The position numbers were made by a program, and so were the translations under genes. From positions 10,564,632 through 10,628,631 of the forward strand of contig NC_068995.1 of NCBI RefSeq assembly GCF_001194135.2: DNA of 64,000 nucleotides, read 5' to 3'. Shown here in pieces: positions 40,528-47,202 of this stretch (the stretch's first letter is position 1; every line of letters starts with the position of its first letter). A model generated the notes under the pieces. That model was not told where the DNA came from. It made no database searches and saw only the letters and a program-made list of their open reading frames with translations. The stretch comes from Octopus bimaculoides. Lineage: Eukaryota.

Positions 40528-43500
40528 AAATAAGCAACAGGATATCCAGAGATGCTACAGTACAACTGTTTCAAGTGACTCCATTTAATTGAACAATGCA
40601 ATCATTACATCAATTTAAATGCAGAGCTATCCTCAGCTGCATAAATAAATAAATAGAATTAATTTAATCAGTCAGACATATTTGTATGATTTTACTTAAA
40701 TCCTCTAAGAGGGTAAGAAAACAGACAAAGTCCATGCTGTATTCACTTCAGCTTAGAAGCTACTAAGACAATATATATATATGTATATATATCTATCTAT
40801 ATATATATATATATATATATAGGCGCAGGAGTGGCTGTGTGGTAAGTAGCTCGCTTACCAACGACATGGTTCCGGGTTCAGTGCCACTGTGTGGTATCTT
40901 GGGCAAGTGTCTTCTACTATAGCCTCAGGCCAACCAAAGCCTTGTGAGTTGGTCTGGTGGATGGAAACTGAAAGAAGACATACGTACGTTCTGGAGTTGA
41001 ATTTTTCAATGAAAACAATTCGAGGCAGTGCTCCAGCATTGCCGCAGTCAAATGATCAAAACAAGTAAAAGAATAAAAGAATATATACATTGTATGATAC
41101 CCATGCCAGCATGAAAAGCAGACATTAAACGATGGTTATGATGATGATAGTAGAGGCGCAATGGCCCAGTGGTTAGGGCAGCAGACTCATGGTCATAGGA
41201 TCGCGGTTTCGATTTCCAAACTGGGCATTGTGAGTGTTTATAGAGCGAAAACACCTAAAGCTCCACGAGGCTACGGCAAGGGATGGTGGCGAACCCTGCT
41301 GTACTCTTCCACCACAACTTTCTCTCACTCTTACTTCCTGTTTCTGTTGTGCCTGTAATTCAAAGGGTCAGCCTTGTCATACTGTGTCATGCTGAATATC
41401 CTCGAGAACTACGTTAAGGGTACACGTGTCTGTGGAGTGCTCAGCCACTTGCACGTTAATTTCACGAGCAGGCTGTTCCGTTGATCGGATCAAGTGGAAC
41501 CCTCGACATCATAAGCGACGGAGTGCCAACAACAACAACATGATGATGATAATGTTGATAAGCACAAGTGCATGTATGCAGAGGAAACAGCTGGTCCACA
41601 AAGGAAAGTCAATGATGGATTTCAGATATTTACTGAAATAGGCTACATGTTCGTCATACATACATTCAACCATGTGGTACAGGAAGATTTATATATTCAA
41701 TGACTAGCATAACAATATTATCTTTATTTGCTACAAGGACAAAGGAGATGTACTAGAGAGAGAGAGAGAGAGACCTCCAAAAGCACTAAATCATTTCAGA
41801 TTCTGACACATGGCCAGCAATTTTAAGGGATGGACAGAGTCAATAACATCTAACCTCCCCCCCCCCACCATCCCCATGCTCAACTGGTAGTTATTCTATC
41901 AACTGCAAAAGAATGAAAGGTGAAGTCTACTTTGGTGGGATTTGAACACTGATCATAAAGAACCAAGTGTGATAAGTGGCTTGCTTACCAATCACATGGT
42001 TCTGGGTTCATTCCCACTGCATGGCACCTTGGGCAAGTGCCTTCTACTATAGCCTCGGGCCGACCAAAGCTTTGAGTGGATTTGCTAGACGGAAACTGAA
42101 AGATAATGGAACAGCTTGTTGTATTGCAGAAGAAATTATTACTTTTTTAATTGATTCTGACAGTCAAGAAATACAATAAAGGCTGTATTATGTGATGGCA
42201 CTCCAGTAAACAGTGGTCATTTAGGAAGGGTAATTAAAATAATTGAATTATACTTAAATAAACCACTTCAGTGGTTGATATGCCTGCTACATACAAATGA
42301 GCTTCTGTTTTGACACATATTCGAATCCATAGATGGAAAAACAACAGGATCACAAACATCAAAAAAGCCTATTAGGCAATAAAATTAAAGAAGATGTAAC
42401 AAACTTAAAGATAATTAAATTTTCTCTAGTAAAAACTCAACTAAAGGAATTGCCATTGGAAATTGTTGATACTTTAAGCTCAGATTAAAAATATTTGTAT
42501 GAAATGTTACTTCAGTATTGAGTCAGAGTTTGTTTCTGAACAGTTAACAGCAAGATCACCTGATAAAATCCATCATGCAAGGTGGTTAACACATGCAAAC
42601 AGAATTCTTCGCTTATATCATCATCATCATCATCGTTTAATGTCCGCCTTCCATGCTAGCATGGGTTGGATGATTTGACTGAGGACTGGCAAACTAGAAG
42701 GCTGCACCAGGCTCCAATCTAATTTGGCAGAGCTTCTACAGCTGGATGCCAACCACTCCGAGAGTGTAGTGGGTGCTTTCACGTGCCACCGGCATGAGGG
42801 CCAGTCCAGGCAGTACTGGCAATGGCCACGCTCAAAATGGTGTTTTTTACATGCCTTCGAGGAAAAATCCCTAAAAGAATATTATAGATCTTGTTAAAAT
42901 CATAATGCATGTTTATGCTCCAAGCTAGTTCTGGATTAAATCTCATCCAAAGTTACATGAATGAGCAAGTAATTTTTGGTATATGATACATCTAATGCAA
43001 GATATGAACCAAGATCATAAAGAAGTTATGGAGAAATCGTTAAAAACTAATTCGTATTTTGCCCATCTGGAAAATATTTTAATGAATATGCTGAATGATG
43101 GAAGAAGACAAATTAGGGAAGTAGAAATTGAGTGAATTATTAAAACAAGAACTTTTCGTTGAATGCCCCGTGAAGAATTAAGAAATTTCAAACTGCCAAG
43201 CAAAATTGAATTTGAAGCACAAGATTATGTTGATTTGATTAACAGGGGAAAAAAAAGTGATAACATCCCCTCCGTTTTTACGGAACTTTACAAACGTTGA
43301 TCTTCTAAAAGCTCATTCAGAAGCATTAACAGCAATACCTCTTTCCCTGTCATAGTCAAGGAGTCAAGCATGCCATCAGTTTAGTGACAAAAACCTTCTG
43401 AAGTCGAAATAGGCTTCGAAAATAGGCACAAAGTCATATTAAATGTACCGAATTCAAGACAAAGTTCACCTCACTTTGACTGGAAAAGACAATGGTCATT

Positions 43501-46500
43501 TAATTAAATAGTCAATACTATTTAGTGCTTATTTTATGATGTTCACTGTTCACGTATTTCGTTTGAGGTTCGTGCATAGTTTTATTATTGCAAGTCATTA
43601 AGAATTTACATTTTTTTAATAGTGAAAGTGCTTTTCTGAATATAGGCTTTTCTTTATAAAAAAAAANNNNNNNNNNAAATAATTTATAAAATGTTATATA
43701 GGTAATATTTAACCAATACAAAGTTGATAGCATTAAAACAAGTTTACAGTTCCTTAAATTTTCACTATTCGAAATGCAGAATTGGGAGGGGGGGGTTATT
43801 GTTTGCATTTTTTTTTTTTTTTTTTGGCGCAAATCCAGCAATTTCGGGGGAGGTGGTAAGTTGATTACAACGACCCAGTACTCAACTGGTACTCATTTTA
43901 TCGACTCCGAAAGGACGAAAGGAAAAGTTGACCTCGGCGGAATTTGAACTCAGAACATTAAGACGTGCTTACGATCCTTTCAGCTTGCCACCTTACAGAG
44001 TAGAAATAGTTTATTTACTAATCTTTTAATGAATAAATAAAATCTCGCTGTGTCCTTGGACTTCAGAAAACCTCGGGGACATATGACAATACGGAAAAAT
44101 CATGCCAGTTATTTGCGAGAACACATACATACATAGTTACAATAACTTTCGTGTATTCACTAATAGTTTGTTTTTTTAAATCTTTAAACTGTCAAAATGC
44201 TTCGTCCAGTATGTACTGCTAGATCATGACAATACTAAAAGCATATTCAATAAATATTATATATACATGTACATACACACACACAATCCACCCCACAAAA
44301 AAAAATGTATACACACTTCAGGAAAGAAAAAATCTGTATAAATATTTTGATTCAGTCAGTGTCATCACAATTTGATAAAACATCGAAAAAAAGTATTTAT
44401 ATCTATAGGGGTACTTATATAGAATGTTTGCCCAGATTTTTTCCTTTCCTGAAGTGTGTATAAATATATATTTTTTGCTAACTCTGTATATATATATATA
44501 TGTATGTATGCGTATACGTGTGTGTAATGTATACACACACACATATATAATCATCATCATCATCGTTCGTACAAATGAATAAAAGACGGATATTTATATA
44601 AACACAAGTACACATATAAATAAACGAAATTAAATATACGCAGACACCTGTTTAGATTTGTGCAGCATTGACACATGCAAAAGTATAGATTGATTTTGAG
44701 TTGTACTAAATACATATTATAATAATTATACACGTCTCCCGGTTTTACGTTCCGAGTTCAAATTCTGCCGTGGTCGACAACCGGTGTTGGTGTGTTTGTC
44801 TCCGTATCTTAGCTGTTTGACAAAATGAGACCGATGCAATAAGTACAAAGGTTACTGGGGTCGATTAGTTCGACTAAAATTCCTCGAGGCTGACCCCCAG
44901 CATGGCTGCAGTTTAATAATTGAAACAAGTAAAAAGATATAGGGAAGTGGAGCGTACCTCAACTTACGTCGGCAATTAGACATGTGGCAAATGTCTTAAC
45001 CAGAAAATCGACGTAACACGAAAAGTCGATTTTAAAACTTTATTACACCTGTTCATATAAATGATCTGTCTATATTTTGACATGTAATTCACTTGATTTA
45101 CCACTTCAATATTGGTTTTAGAGTGTAGTTTTTTAATTTCTTATGCTTTTATATATATTACTCGCTAAGAACGACGTAAAGTCGGATAAATCGATTGAAG
45201 TTGAGGTTTATTTTCCCATCAATTTCTTTAAATAACAACGTAAAGTCGGAAATGATGTAACTCGGAACGACATGAGTGGCTGTGTGGTAAGTAGCTTGCT
45301 TACCAACCACATGGTTCCTGGGTTCAGTCCCACTGCGTGGCACCTTGGGCAAGTGTCTTCTACTATAGCCTCGGGCCGACCAAAGCCTTGTGAGTGGATT
45401 TCGTAGACGGAAACTGAAAGAAGCCCGTCGTATATATGTATATATATATATATATGTATGTGTGTATATGTTGTGTATCTGTGTTTGTCCCCACAACATC
45501 GCTTGACAACCGATGCTGGTGTGTTTAGGTCTCCGTAACTTAGCGGTTCGGCAAAAAGAGGCCGATAGAATAAGTCCTGGGGACGATTTGATTCGACTAA
45601 AGGCGGTGCTCCAGCATGGCGCAGTCAAATGACTGAAACAAGTAAAGGAATAAAGAAACATATATATATATATATACACACACACGTGTAGATACATGAA
45701 TACAACATTTACTAAACAAAATACAATATGCGCATAGACACACACACACAACGTCAACTCGACAGGCTTGCGGAATCTTTACTTTCCGAGTTCAAACCAG
45801 CACGGAGTCGACATCGCCTTCGATGCTTCCGGGATCGATAAACCAAATACCGATCAAGCACTAGAGTCGATATTATCGACTAACACCATCTCTCACGATA
45901 AAAATATGTGGCTTCGTATCTTTGTTAGAATGAAATCATTATTATTAACACTATCGTATCGCCGAAGACTACGTCGTTGAATTCGCTTCTGCTACATTCC
46001 CAGTAATAGCATTTATTAATTCCCCACATACACTCATTAGTTGCGTAACATGTTATTCTTGTCCAGATTTTTTTTTTCTGCTAGACTAGAAGACAATGGA
46101 TGTGAGAGGCGGTAACCATCTCAACTAACCTCTGTATGTGTGGATAATGCGTATGTGTGAATGTACATATACGTATGTATAACATGTATACTGACGTAGA
46201 TAGATAAACAGATAGATAGAAAGATAGATAGATAGATAGATAGGTAGGTAGGTAGGTATGTGAATGTGCGTGTGAGAGTGAGTGCGTGTGTGTGTGAGAG
46301 AGAGTGTATGCGTGTGACATATTGCGTGCGTGTGTACTTAAGTACGCATGTGTGTGTGTGTGTGTATATTATATATATTGATTTCCAGTATTGGCACACG
46401 GTTATAAGAGAGGGAAAAAAAAAAGGGGGGGGGTAAATCAATTAACTCGTTCCCCGCCTTCACGTTACCATAGTATACTGCTGGTACTTAGCTGATCGCC

Positions 46501-46670
46501 TCGGATACATACATAGAAACATACATGCATGCATACATACATACACACATACAATGTATGTGTGTGTGTATACTGGACATTTTTTTTTTTAAATATATCA
46601 AATAACATACCATACATGTGTCTTCTGAAAGATCTTCCTCTGTTTCTGTACTACTAGATGCATTCCCCAT
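1..46670 (-). CDS. ZZEF1: ZZ-type zinc finger and EF-hand domain-containing protein 1 orthologue, 5' portion (38 exons found, about 1209 codons; gene continues beyond position 1)
   Basis: The spliced peptide is colinear with recalled human ZZEF1: MGNASS start, LRWIEERMSRKE, AFQTFDTDGIG (EF-hand), NGNTSSYWQSDG...DQSYMPQ...NIKRCHSDGCDTRVHG (DOC/APC10), SVADASAVWF, ARGSV, GAAVFFP, CETESRFDYLQF...WEYKFRVTARG (CUB-like). All introns are GT-AG and phases match, except one missing exon between 31901 and 29793. Confidence 0.95.
428..812 (-). mobile_element. tRNA-derived SINE family A (conserved central core, CAA tail)
   Basis: Box A/B head; near-identical to the copies at 33086, 41153, 48716, 52331 and 56998. 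Confidence 0.9.
1159..1270 (-). CDS. ZZEF1: ZZEF1 exon (VTARGSADTILTWPYDMLLLLTKFLGQLCGSTMSANP)
   Basis: gtgtcag/gtaaga, phase 0 to 1. Confidence 0.95.
1363..1722 (+). mobile_element. SINE family A-related subfamily
   Basis: tRNA-like head and shared core (gtcacactgaat...ggctgttcc). Confidence 0.8.
1740..2185 (+). mobile_element. RTE-tail repeat family C with (GAT)n 3' tail
   Basis: aagcacccactacactctc...ggcgttaggaagggcatccagctgtagaaac...cgttaaacgatgatgat. More than 15 copies; some extend 5' into RTE-like sequence (3230-3480, 25825). Confidence 0.88.
2224..2386 (-). CDS. ZZEF1: ZZEF1 exon, CUB-like (FDYLQFKDSAGK...WPNTFTF...WEYKFR)
   Basis: gttacag/gtgagt, phase 2 to 0. Confidence 0.97.
2653..2853. 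mobile_element. piggyBac-type MITE
   Basis: TTAA|CCCTTTAG...CTAAAGGG|TTAA termini. Confidence 0.8.
3763..3830 (-). CDS. ZZEF1: ZZEF1 exon (VFLCPGASKMVVNFDSCCETES)
   Basis: tttccag/gtatac; matches human VFVSPGATYFEVEFDDRCETEK. Confidence 0.95.
4390..4560 (-). mobile_element. Penelope-like terminal-repeat fragment with a minimal hammerhead relic (4485-4521)
   Basis: An inverted partial copy lies at about 59880-59958. It contains UCUUU-CUGUUGA-A-GAGC-GUA-GCUC-GAAACGUU-AAAGA. Confidence 0.55.
4674..4778 (-). CDS. ZZEF1: ZZEF1 exon (LSHNFWVNENKDDVILKVWQVESPSCYDSKEQISQ)
   Basis: tcttcag/gtaaat; matches human VVLHTWTKESAHNY. Confidence 0.93.
5033..5197. mobile_element. MITE with ~55-bp terminal inverted repeats (hairpin), probably TA-flanked
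   Basis: The ggaatataatactgctatttagccctaggaagctggaccacttcctgtcagcc arm and its reverse complement differ at only about 3-4 positions. Confidence 0.8.
5633..5761 (-). CDS. ZZEF1: ZZEF1 exon (LILLSSTIEVLDPESRCLLLQHFKP...LFPD)
   Basis: tttccag/gtaagt, phase 0 to 0. Confidence 0.92.
5995..6051 (-). CDS. ZZEF1: ZZEF1 exon (IEVLPKLDKLFPSLPFRQL)
   Basis: gaaacag/gtaagt, phase 0 to 0. Confidence 0.87.
6138..6570 (+). mobile_element. tRNA-derived SINE family B (internal TA/TG microsatellite)
   Basis: gtggctgt..ggtaag head and ggttcagtccc box B. Further copies near 9070, 21580, 33830, 37170, 38555, 40820, 45272, 49808, 53568 and 60415. Confidence 0.9.
7199..7266 (-). CDS. ZZEF1: ZZEF1 exon (SLSIAQKVEEAFQFLLAKKEDV)
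   Basis: ttaccag/gtgagt, phase 1 to 0. Confidence 0.88.
7645..7866. mobile_element. piggyBac-type MITE (same family, opposite orientation)
   Basis: CCCTTTAGCATTC...AAAGGG|TTAA; internal sequence shared with the other copies. Confidence 0.75.
7950..8355 (-). mobile_element. Two tandem copies of a SINE family D variant
   Basis: The body gcccac...gaatttgaactc occurs twice; tRNA-like head at about 8355. Confidence 0.85.
8457..8679 (-). CDS. ZZEF1: ZZEF1 exon (NFDSQKTLALLENLISV...YWCWQHLNSND...HIFLR)
   Basis: ctttcag/gtaaga, phase 0 to 1. Confidence 0.95.
9541..9657 (-). CDS. ZZEF1: ZZEF1 exon (KLIEKPSVQLVFQSLCQFYTTADPMSLLYLPSGNLDKAE)
   Basis: ttggcag/gtaggt, phase 0 to 0. Confidence 0.95.
9829..10009. 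mobile_element. hAT-type MITE
   Basis: CAGG...CCTG imperfect TIRs and a perfect 8-bp TSD CCCACCAT (9821-9828, 10010-10017). Confidence 0.85.
11300..11370 (-). CDS. ZZEF1: ZZEF1 exon (AAVFFPDKESRGSKLLNLMDDVE)
   Basis: ttttaag/gtcagt; matches human GAAIFFPNRQTR. Confidence 0.94.
11698..11912. mobile_element. piggyBac-type MITE
   Basis: TTAA TSDs; CCCCTTAGCATT...AATGCTAAAAGG termini. Confidence 0.8.
12385..12487 (-). CDS. ZZEF1: ZZEF1 exon (AAIVDMFHYLCQTLDNQCDNTNPMYKMIRQLIYD)
   Basis: ttttcag/gtgatt, phase 0 to 1. Confidence 0.9.
13543..13627 (-). CDS. ZZEF1: ZZEF1 exon (ENFEKAGALIRLLHCLLPVMTSLNEDQK)
   Basis: tttgtag/gttagt, phase 2 to 0. Confidence 0.9.
14076..14170 (-). CDS. ZZEF1: ZZEF1 exon (FSTKKVNRLDVLDVDDIPVQDIWNLFRIYIK)
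   Basis: tttgcag/gtaagt, phase 0 to 2. Confidence 0.9.
14927..15022 (-). CDS. ZZEF1: ZZEF1 exon (PQPLFNPKKELVTVNEIQTLILNFLIDLAQVQ)
   Basis: ccctcag/gtattg, phase 0 to 0. Confidence 0.88.
15406..15519 (-). CDS. ZZEF1: ZZEF1 exon (FVLVKFLEPRSDTSGKLGVKSIQFSGF...MLP)
   Basis: ttaccag/gtaagt; matches human YLMVKFL...LGVQGLTISGY. Confidence 0.95.
15768..15810 (-). CDS. ZZEF1: ZZEF1 exon (DELEIPVLWYPEGK)
   Basis: cacccag/gttagt, phase 2 to 0. Confidence 0.88.
16891..16956 (-). CDS. ZZEF1: ZZEF1 exon (QELSVPYSENDPVAAFHFEDT)
   Basis: tttatag/gtatgt, phase 2 to 2. Confidence 0.92.
17143..17211 (-). ncRNA. Type I hammerhead ribozyme motif inside a ~320-bp putative interspersed element (about 17035-17350)
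   Basis: GCCA-CUGAUGA-GAACUU...AAGUUC-GAAA-C-CUAG-G-UA-UGAC: all core nucleotides intact, stem II 6 bp plus a 9-bp extension, palindromic stem III, one mismatch in stem I. Confidence 0.75.
17560..17643 (-). CDS. ZZEF1: ZZEF1 exon (NDFCQDDHVSKYSAYDEWTQQDIQSHL)
   Basis: ctttcag/gtatgt, phase 2 to 2. Confidence 0.92.
18141..18196 (-). CDS. ZZEF1: ZZEF1 exon (VISGSRGSRQGLVFVYGD)
   Basis: tcttcag/gtatgt; matches human VRRGGIGAQCGLVFAY. Confidence 0.92.
18920..19230. repeat. Degenerate (GAT/GAC/AAT) trinucleotide tract preceded by 3 copies of a 19-bp unit
   Basis: atgatgtataaaagagatg repeated three times, then about 270 bp of cryptic triplets. Confidence 0.9.
19256..19338 (-). CDS. ZZEF1: ZZEF1 exon (YLTEGRKSVDLFFKAPDFVTLTKLMIK)
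   Basis: cctatag/gtgagt, phase 1 to 0. Confidence 0.9.
19455..19499 (-). CDS. ZZEF1: ZZEF1 exon (EIQSVLMIEHFGTG)
   Basis: gtcacag/gtaaat, phase 1 to 1. Confidence 0.8.
19986..20105 (-). CDS. ZZEF1: ZZEF1 exon (SSFYLPLCGCEGGQLEDKSKQNSNNSSSSSNTTNLRSIQ)
   Basis: attccag/gttaga, phase 1 to 1; aligns to human LQACDVKGKEDKS. Confidence 0.88.
21440..21520 (-). CDS. ZZEF1: ZZEF1 exon (FPDLSLSCNQLMTKMIKSKNTALEKQ)
   Basis: ttggcag/gtaagt, phase 1 to 1. Confidence 0.88.
21580..21960 (-). mobile_element. SINE family B
   Basis: Reverse-complement match to 6138-6570. Confidence 0.88.
22109..22215 (-). CDS. ZZEF1: ZZEF1 exon (DSTGRVVPADLDILLSFNMARGSVKGLISTIKVLQ)
   Basis: ccttcag/gtaagt, phase 2 to 1. 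Confidence 0.94.
22301..22730 (+). mobile_element. Internally deleted mariner element
   Basis: tattaggttg TIR-like start; HPLFQQNNAKPHTA...HPAYNPGIAPTDYGLFRSMQ corresponds to the mariner HDNARPH...YSPDLAPSDY segment. Confidence 0.85.
22887..23003 (-). CDS. ZZEF1: ZZEF1 exon (SALTHMQPLSLSQASNERPYFLSKNVLKEVDNFL)
   Basis: tttccag/gtgagt, phase 2 to 2. Confidence 0.95.
23445..23579 (-). CDS. ZZEF1: ZZEF1 exon (LRAKDPGLSVADASAVWFIQLL...LLRT)
   Basis: cttgcag/gttggt, phase 2 to 2. Confidence 0.95.
24583..24661 (-). CDS. ZZEF1: ZZEF1 exon, end of DOC domain (IQINIKRCHSDGCDTRVHGVKAVGY)
   Basis: ttcccag/gtaagt; near-identical to human INIKRCLSDGCDTRIHG. Confidence 0.97.
24770..25135. repeat. Degenerate (TG)n satellite
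   Basis: tgtgcttgtgtg subunits. Confidence 0.9.
25594..25646 (-). CDS. ZZEF1: ZZEF1 exon (HVNGDYVLIENLTTYFP)
   Basis: ttttcag/gtaaga, phase 2 to 1. Confidence 0.9.
25825..26434 (+). mobile_element. Family C / RTE 3' end, long copy
   Basis: (GAT)n tail plus extended 5' sequence. Confidence 0.85.
26575..26721 (-). CDS. ZZEF1: ZZEF1 exon, DOC domain (LRIKNNVVIKQLSMNVSSLDQSYMPQ...ELRIP)
   Basis: ttggcag/gttagt, phase 2 to 2. Confidence 0.96.
27351..27416 (-). CDS. ZZEF1: ZZEF1 exon, DOC domain (LLNGNTSSYWQSDGTCRSHWI)
   Basis: tttccag/gtaaag; YWQSDG is the DOC/APC10 signature. Confidence 0.97.
28897..28993 (-). CDS. ZZEF1: ZZEF1 exon (SDELLRNGEEVQQVQRCICSIEVSTNTSNSE)
   Basis: ttgacag/gtgagt, phase 1 to 2. 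Confidence 0.92.
29670..29793 (-). CDS. ZZEF1: ZZEF1 exon (FLIQNRAPSSSLSLPILKG...SMDVL)
   Basis: ctcccag/gtaagt, phase 0 to 1. Confidence 0.92.
30497..31338. other. Assembly gap (N) in a ZZEF1 intron; other large gaps at 36271-36682, 48969-49806 and 60755-61547
   Basis: Runs of N. Confidence 1.
31901..32051 (-). CDS. ZZEF1: ZZEF1 exon, EF-hand loop (AFQTFDTDGIGTAELQD...RKLKTTALIH)
   Basis: ctttcag/gtaaat, phase 0 to 1. Confidence 0.93.
32849..32920 (-). CDS. ZZEF1: ZZEF1 exon (TTVTMREFCDMLTSKGASEKEAAL)
   Basis: ctgaag/gtaagt, phase 0 to 0. Confidence 0.9.
33086..33466 (+). mobile_element. SINE family A, full length
   Basis: 11-bp TSD actgcaaggtt (33075-33085, 33467-33477). Confidence 0.92.
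34428..34509 (-). CDS. ZZEF1: ZZEF1 exon (EEVLQDFISMYQTYILRWIEERMSRKE)
   Basis: ttttcag/gtcagt, phase 2 to 0; matches human LFRWLEERLGRGE. Confidence 0.93.
34618..34838. mobile_element. piggyBac-type MITE
   Basis: TTAA TSDs, same family. Confidence 0.8.
35229..35684. mobile_element. piggyBac-type MITE carrying a ~240-bp internal insertion
   Basis: Family termini at both ends; extra sequence at about 35365-35606 is absent from the other copies. Confidence 0.7.
35906..35987 (-). CDS. ZZEF1: ZZEF1 exon (SKENCLLQLTEQLFDLSSLRSMACKL)
   Basis: ttgcag/gtaagt, phase 1 to 2. Confidence 0.85.
36034..36270 (+). mobile_element. hAT/Charlie-like MITE end running into a gap
   Basis: CAGTGCTTCTCAAAC terminus; related termini near 30445 and 62272. 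Confidence 0.55.
38907..39235 (+). mobile_element. Mariner 5' fragment (transposase N-terminus)
   Basis: MEVTEEHIQHILLYEFNKDNAMEGVRNINVVYG...QCQQ*FQK; truncated by the adjacent LINE. Confidence 0.75.
39236..39895 (-). mobile_element. RTE-clade LINE fragment (C-terminal part of the RT ORF)
   Basis: TQCKLWTHKKC...FCYLGD...RIRIAWAKFRKLLPLL...YDACVQTAILHSSETW...RRLERNE; frameshifted. Confidence 0.9.
40195..40266 (-). pseudogene. tRNA-His(GTG) pseudogene
   Basis: The 72-nt minus-strand sequence aligns without gaps to the eukaryotic tRNA-His consensus (D arm GTGGTTAG, anticodon loop TTGTGG, T arm GGTTCGAATC). The acceptor stem is broken and most CpGs have become TpG/CpA. Confidence 0.8.
41153..41540 (+). 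mobile_element. SINE family A
   Basis: Full-length match to the other copies. Confidence 0.9.
42100..43500 (+). pseudogene. Fossil DDE transposase, hAT-like (CDGT..N.G / CxxH / RW / PCH type), split by a SINE at 42618-42856
   Basis: CDGTPVNSG, PLQWLICLLHTNE, DGKTTG, HHARWLTHANRILRLY, NSYFAHLENIL, FPCHSQGVKHAISLVT; multiple stops and frameshifts. Confidence 0.85.
45272..45660 (+). mobile_element. SINE family B, CpG-retaining copy
   Basis: Full-length match to the family. Confidence 0.9.
46616..46670 (-). CDS. ZZEF1: ZZEF1 exon 1 (MGNASSSTETEEDLSEDT)
   Basis: gaaacgATGG start context; MGNAxS resembles the human N-terminus. Phase-1 donor gtatgg fits exon 2. Confidence 0.85.
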
Positions 46671-47160
46671 CGTTTCTCTGGATTCCAGTAATAATTATAG
46701 GTAATTATTATAAATATCAAAATATTCCTGTGTTGTTGGGTTAAAAGATATTTGTGAAACAAAAACCAAAACAGATCGTCGTTAAAATTTACTGTGATTG
46801 TATATGTATATATATATATATGTGTGTGTGTGTGTATATATAAAGATAGATAGATTGACTGATATATAGTAAATATATGTGTGTGTACAGCATATAAATG
46901 TATTCCCGATCTTAATTATTATGAAGGTAGCAGTTTGGTTCGGACTGTAATGCGAACAAGTCAGCCACCAAAGGAAAAAAAGAGAGTGCTATGTATAAAT
47001 ATTGTGTATAAACACCCCCAAATGACGAATAAATGTCGTCGTCTTAAAGTAAGGCGACTAAATGAGGTTTGATTCCGACGAACGGAAGTGGCAAACTTTC
47101 GAAAGAAGTAAACAAGGGAGATAAGTGTAATTAAGTTCCGAAGTTGATTTTTAGAATTAC
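46671..47160 (-). promoter_or_regulatory. Putative ZZEF1 5' UTR/core promoter with an ETS-type CGGAAGTG site (47083-47090)
   Basis: Unique, CpG-retaining sequence directly upstream of the ATG exon; TSS not determinable from sequence. Confidence 0.45.
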
Positions 47161-47202
47161 GTCCCTTTAGAAAGACCTTAGCAAATTTAACTGGTGAGGC
47201 TT

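Noticed and set aside
45158-45260. EF-hand-like peptide FTLLFKEIDGKINLNFNRF at the end of ORF 45158-45757
   Set aside because: No convincing splice sites, and exon 1 already joins exon 2 in phase; most of the ORF is a SINE.
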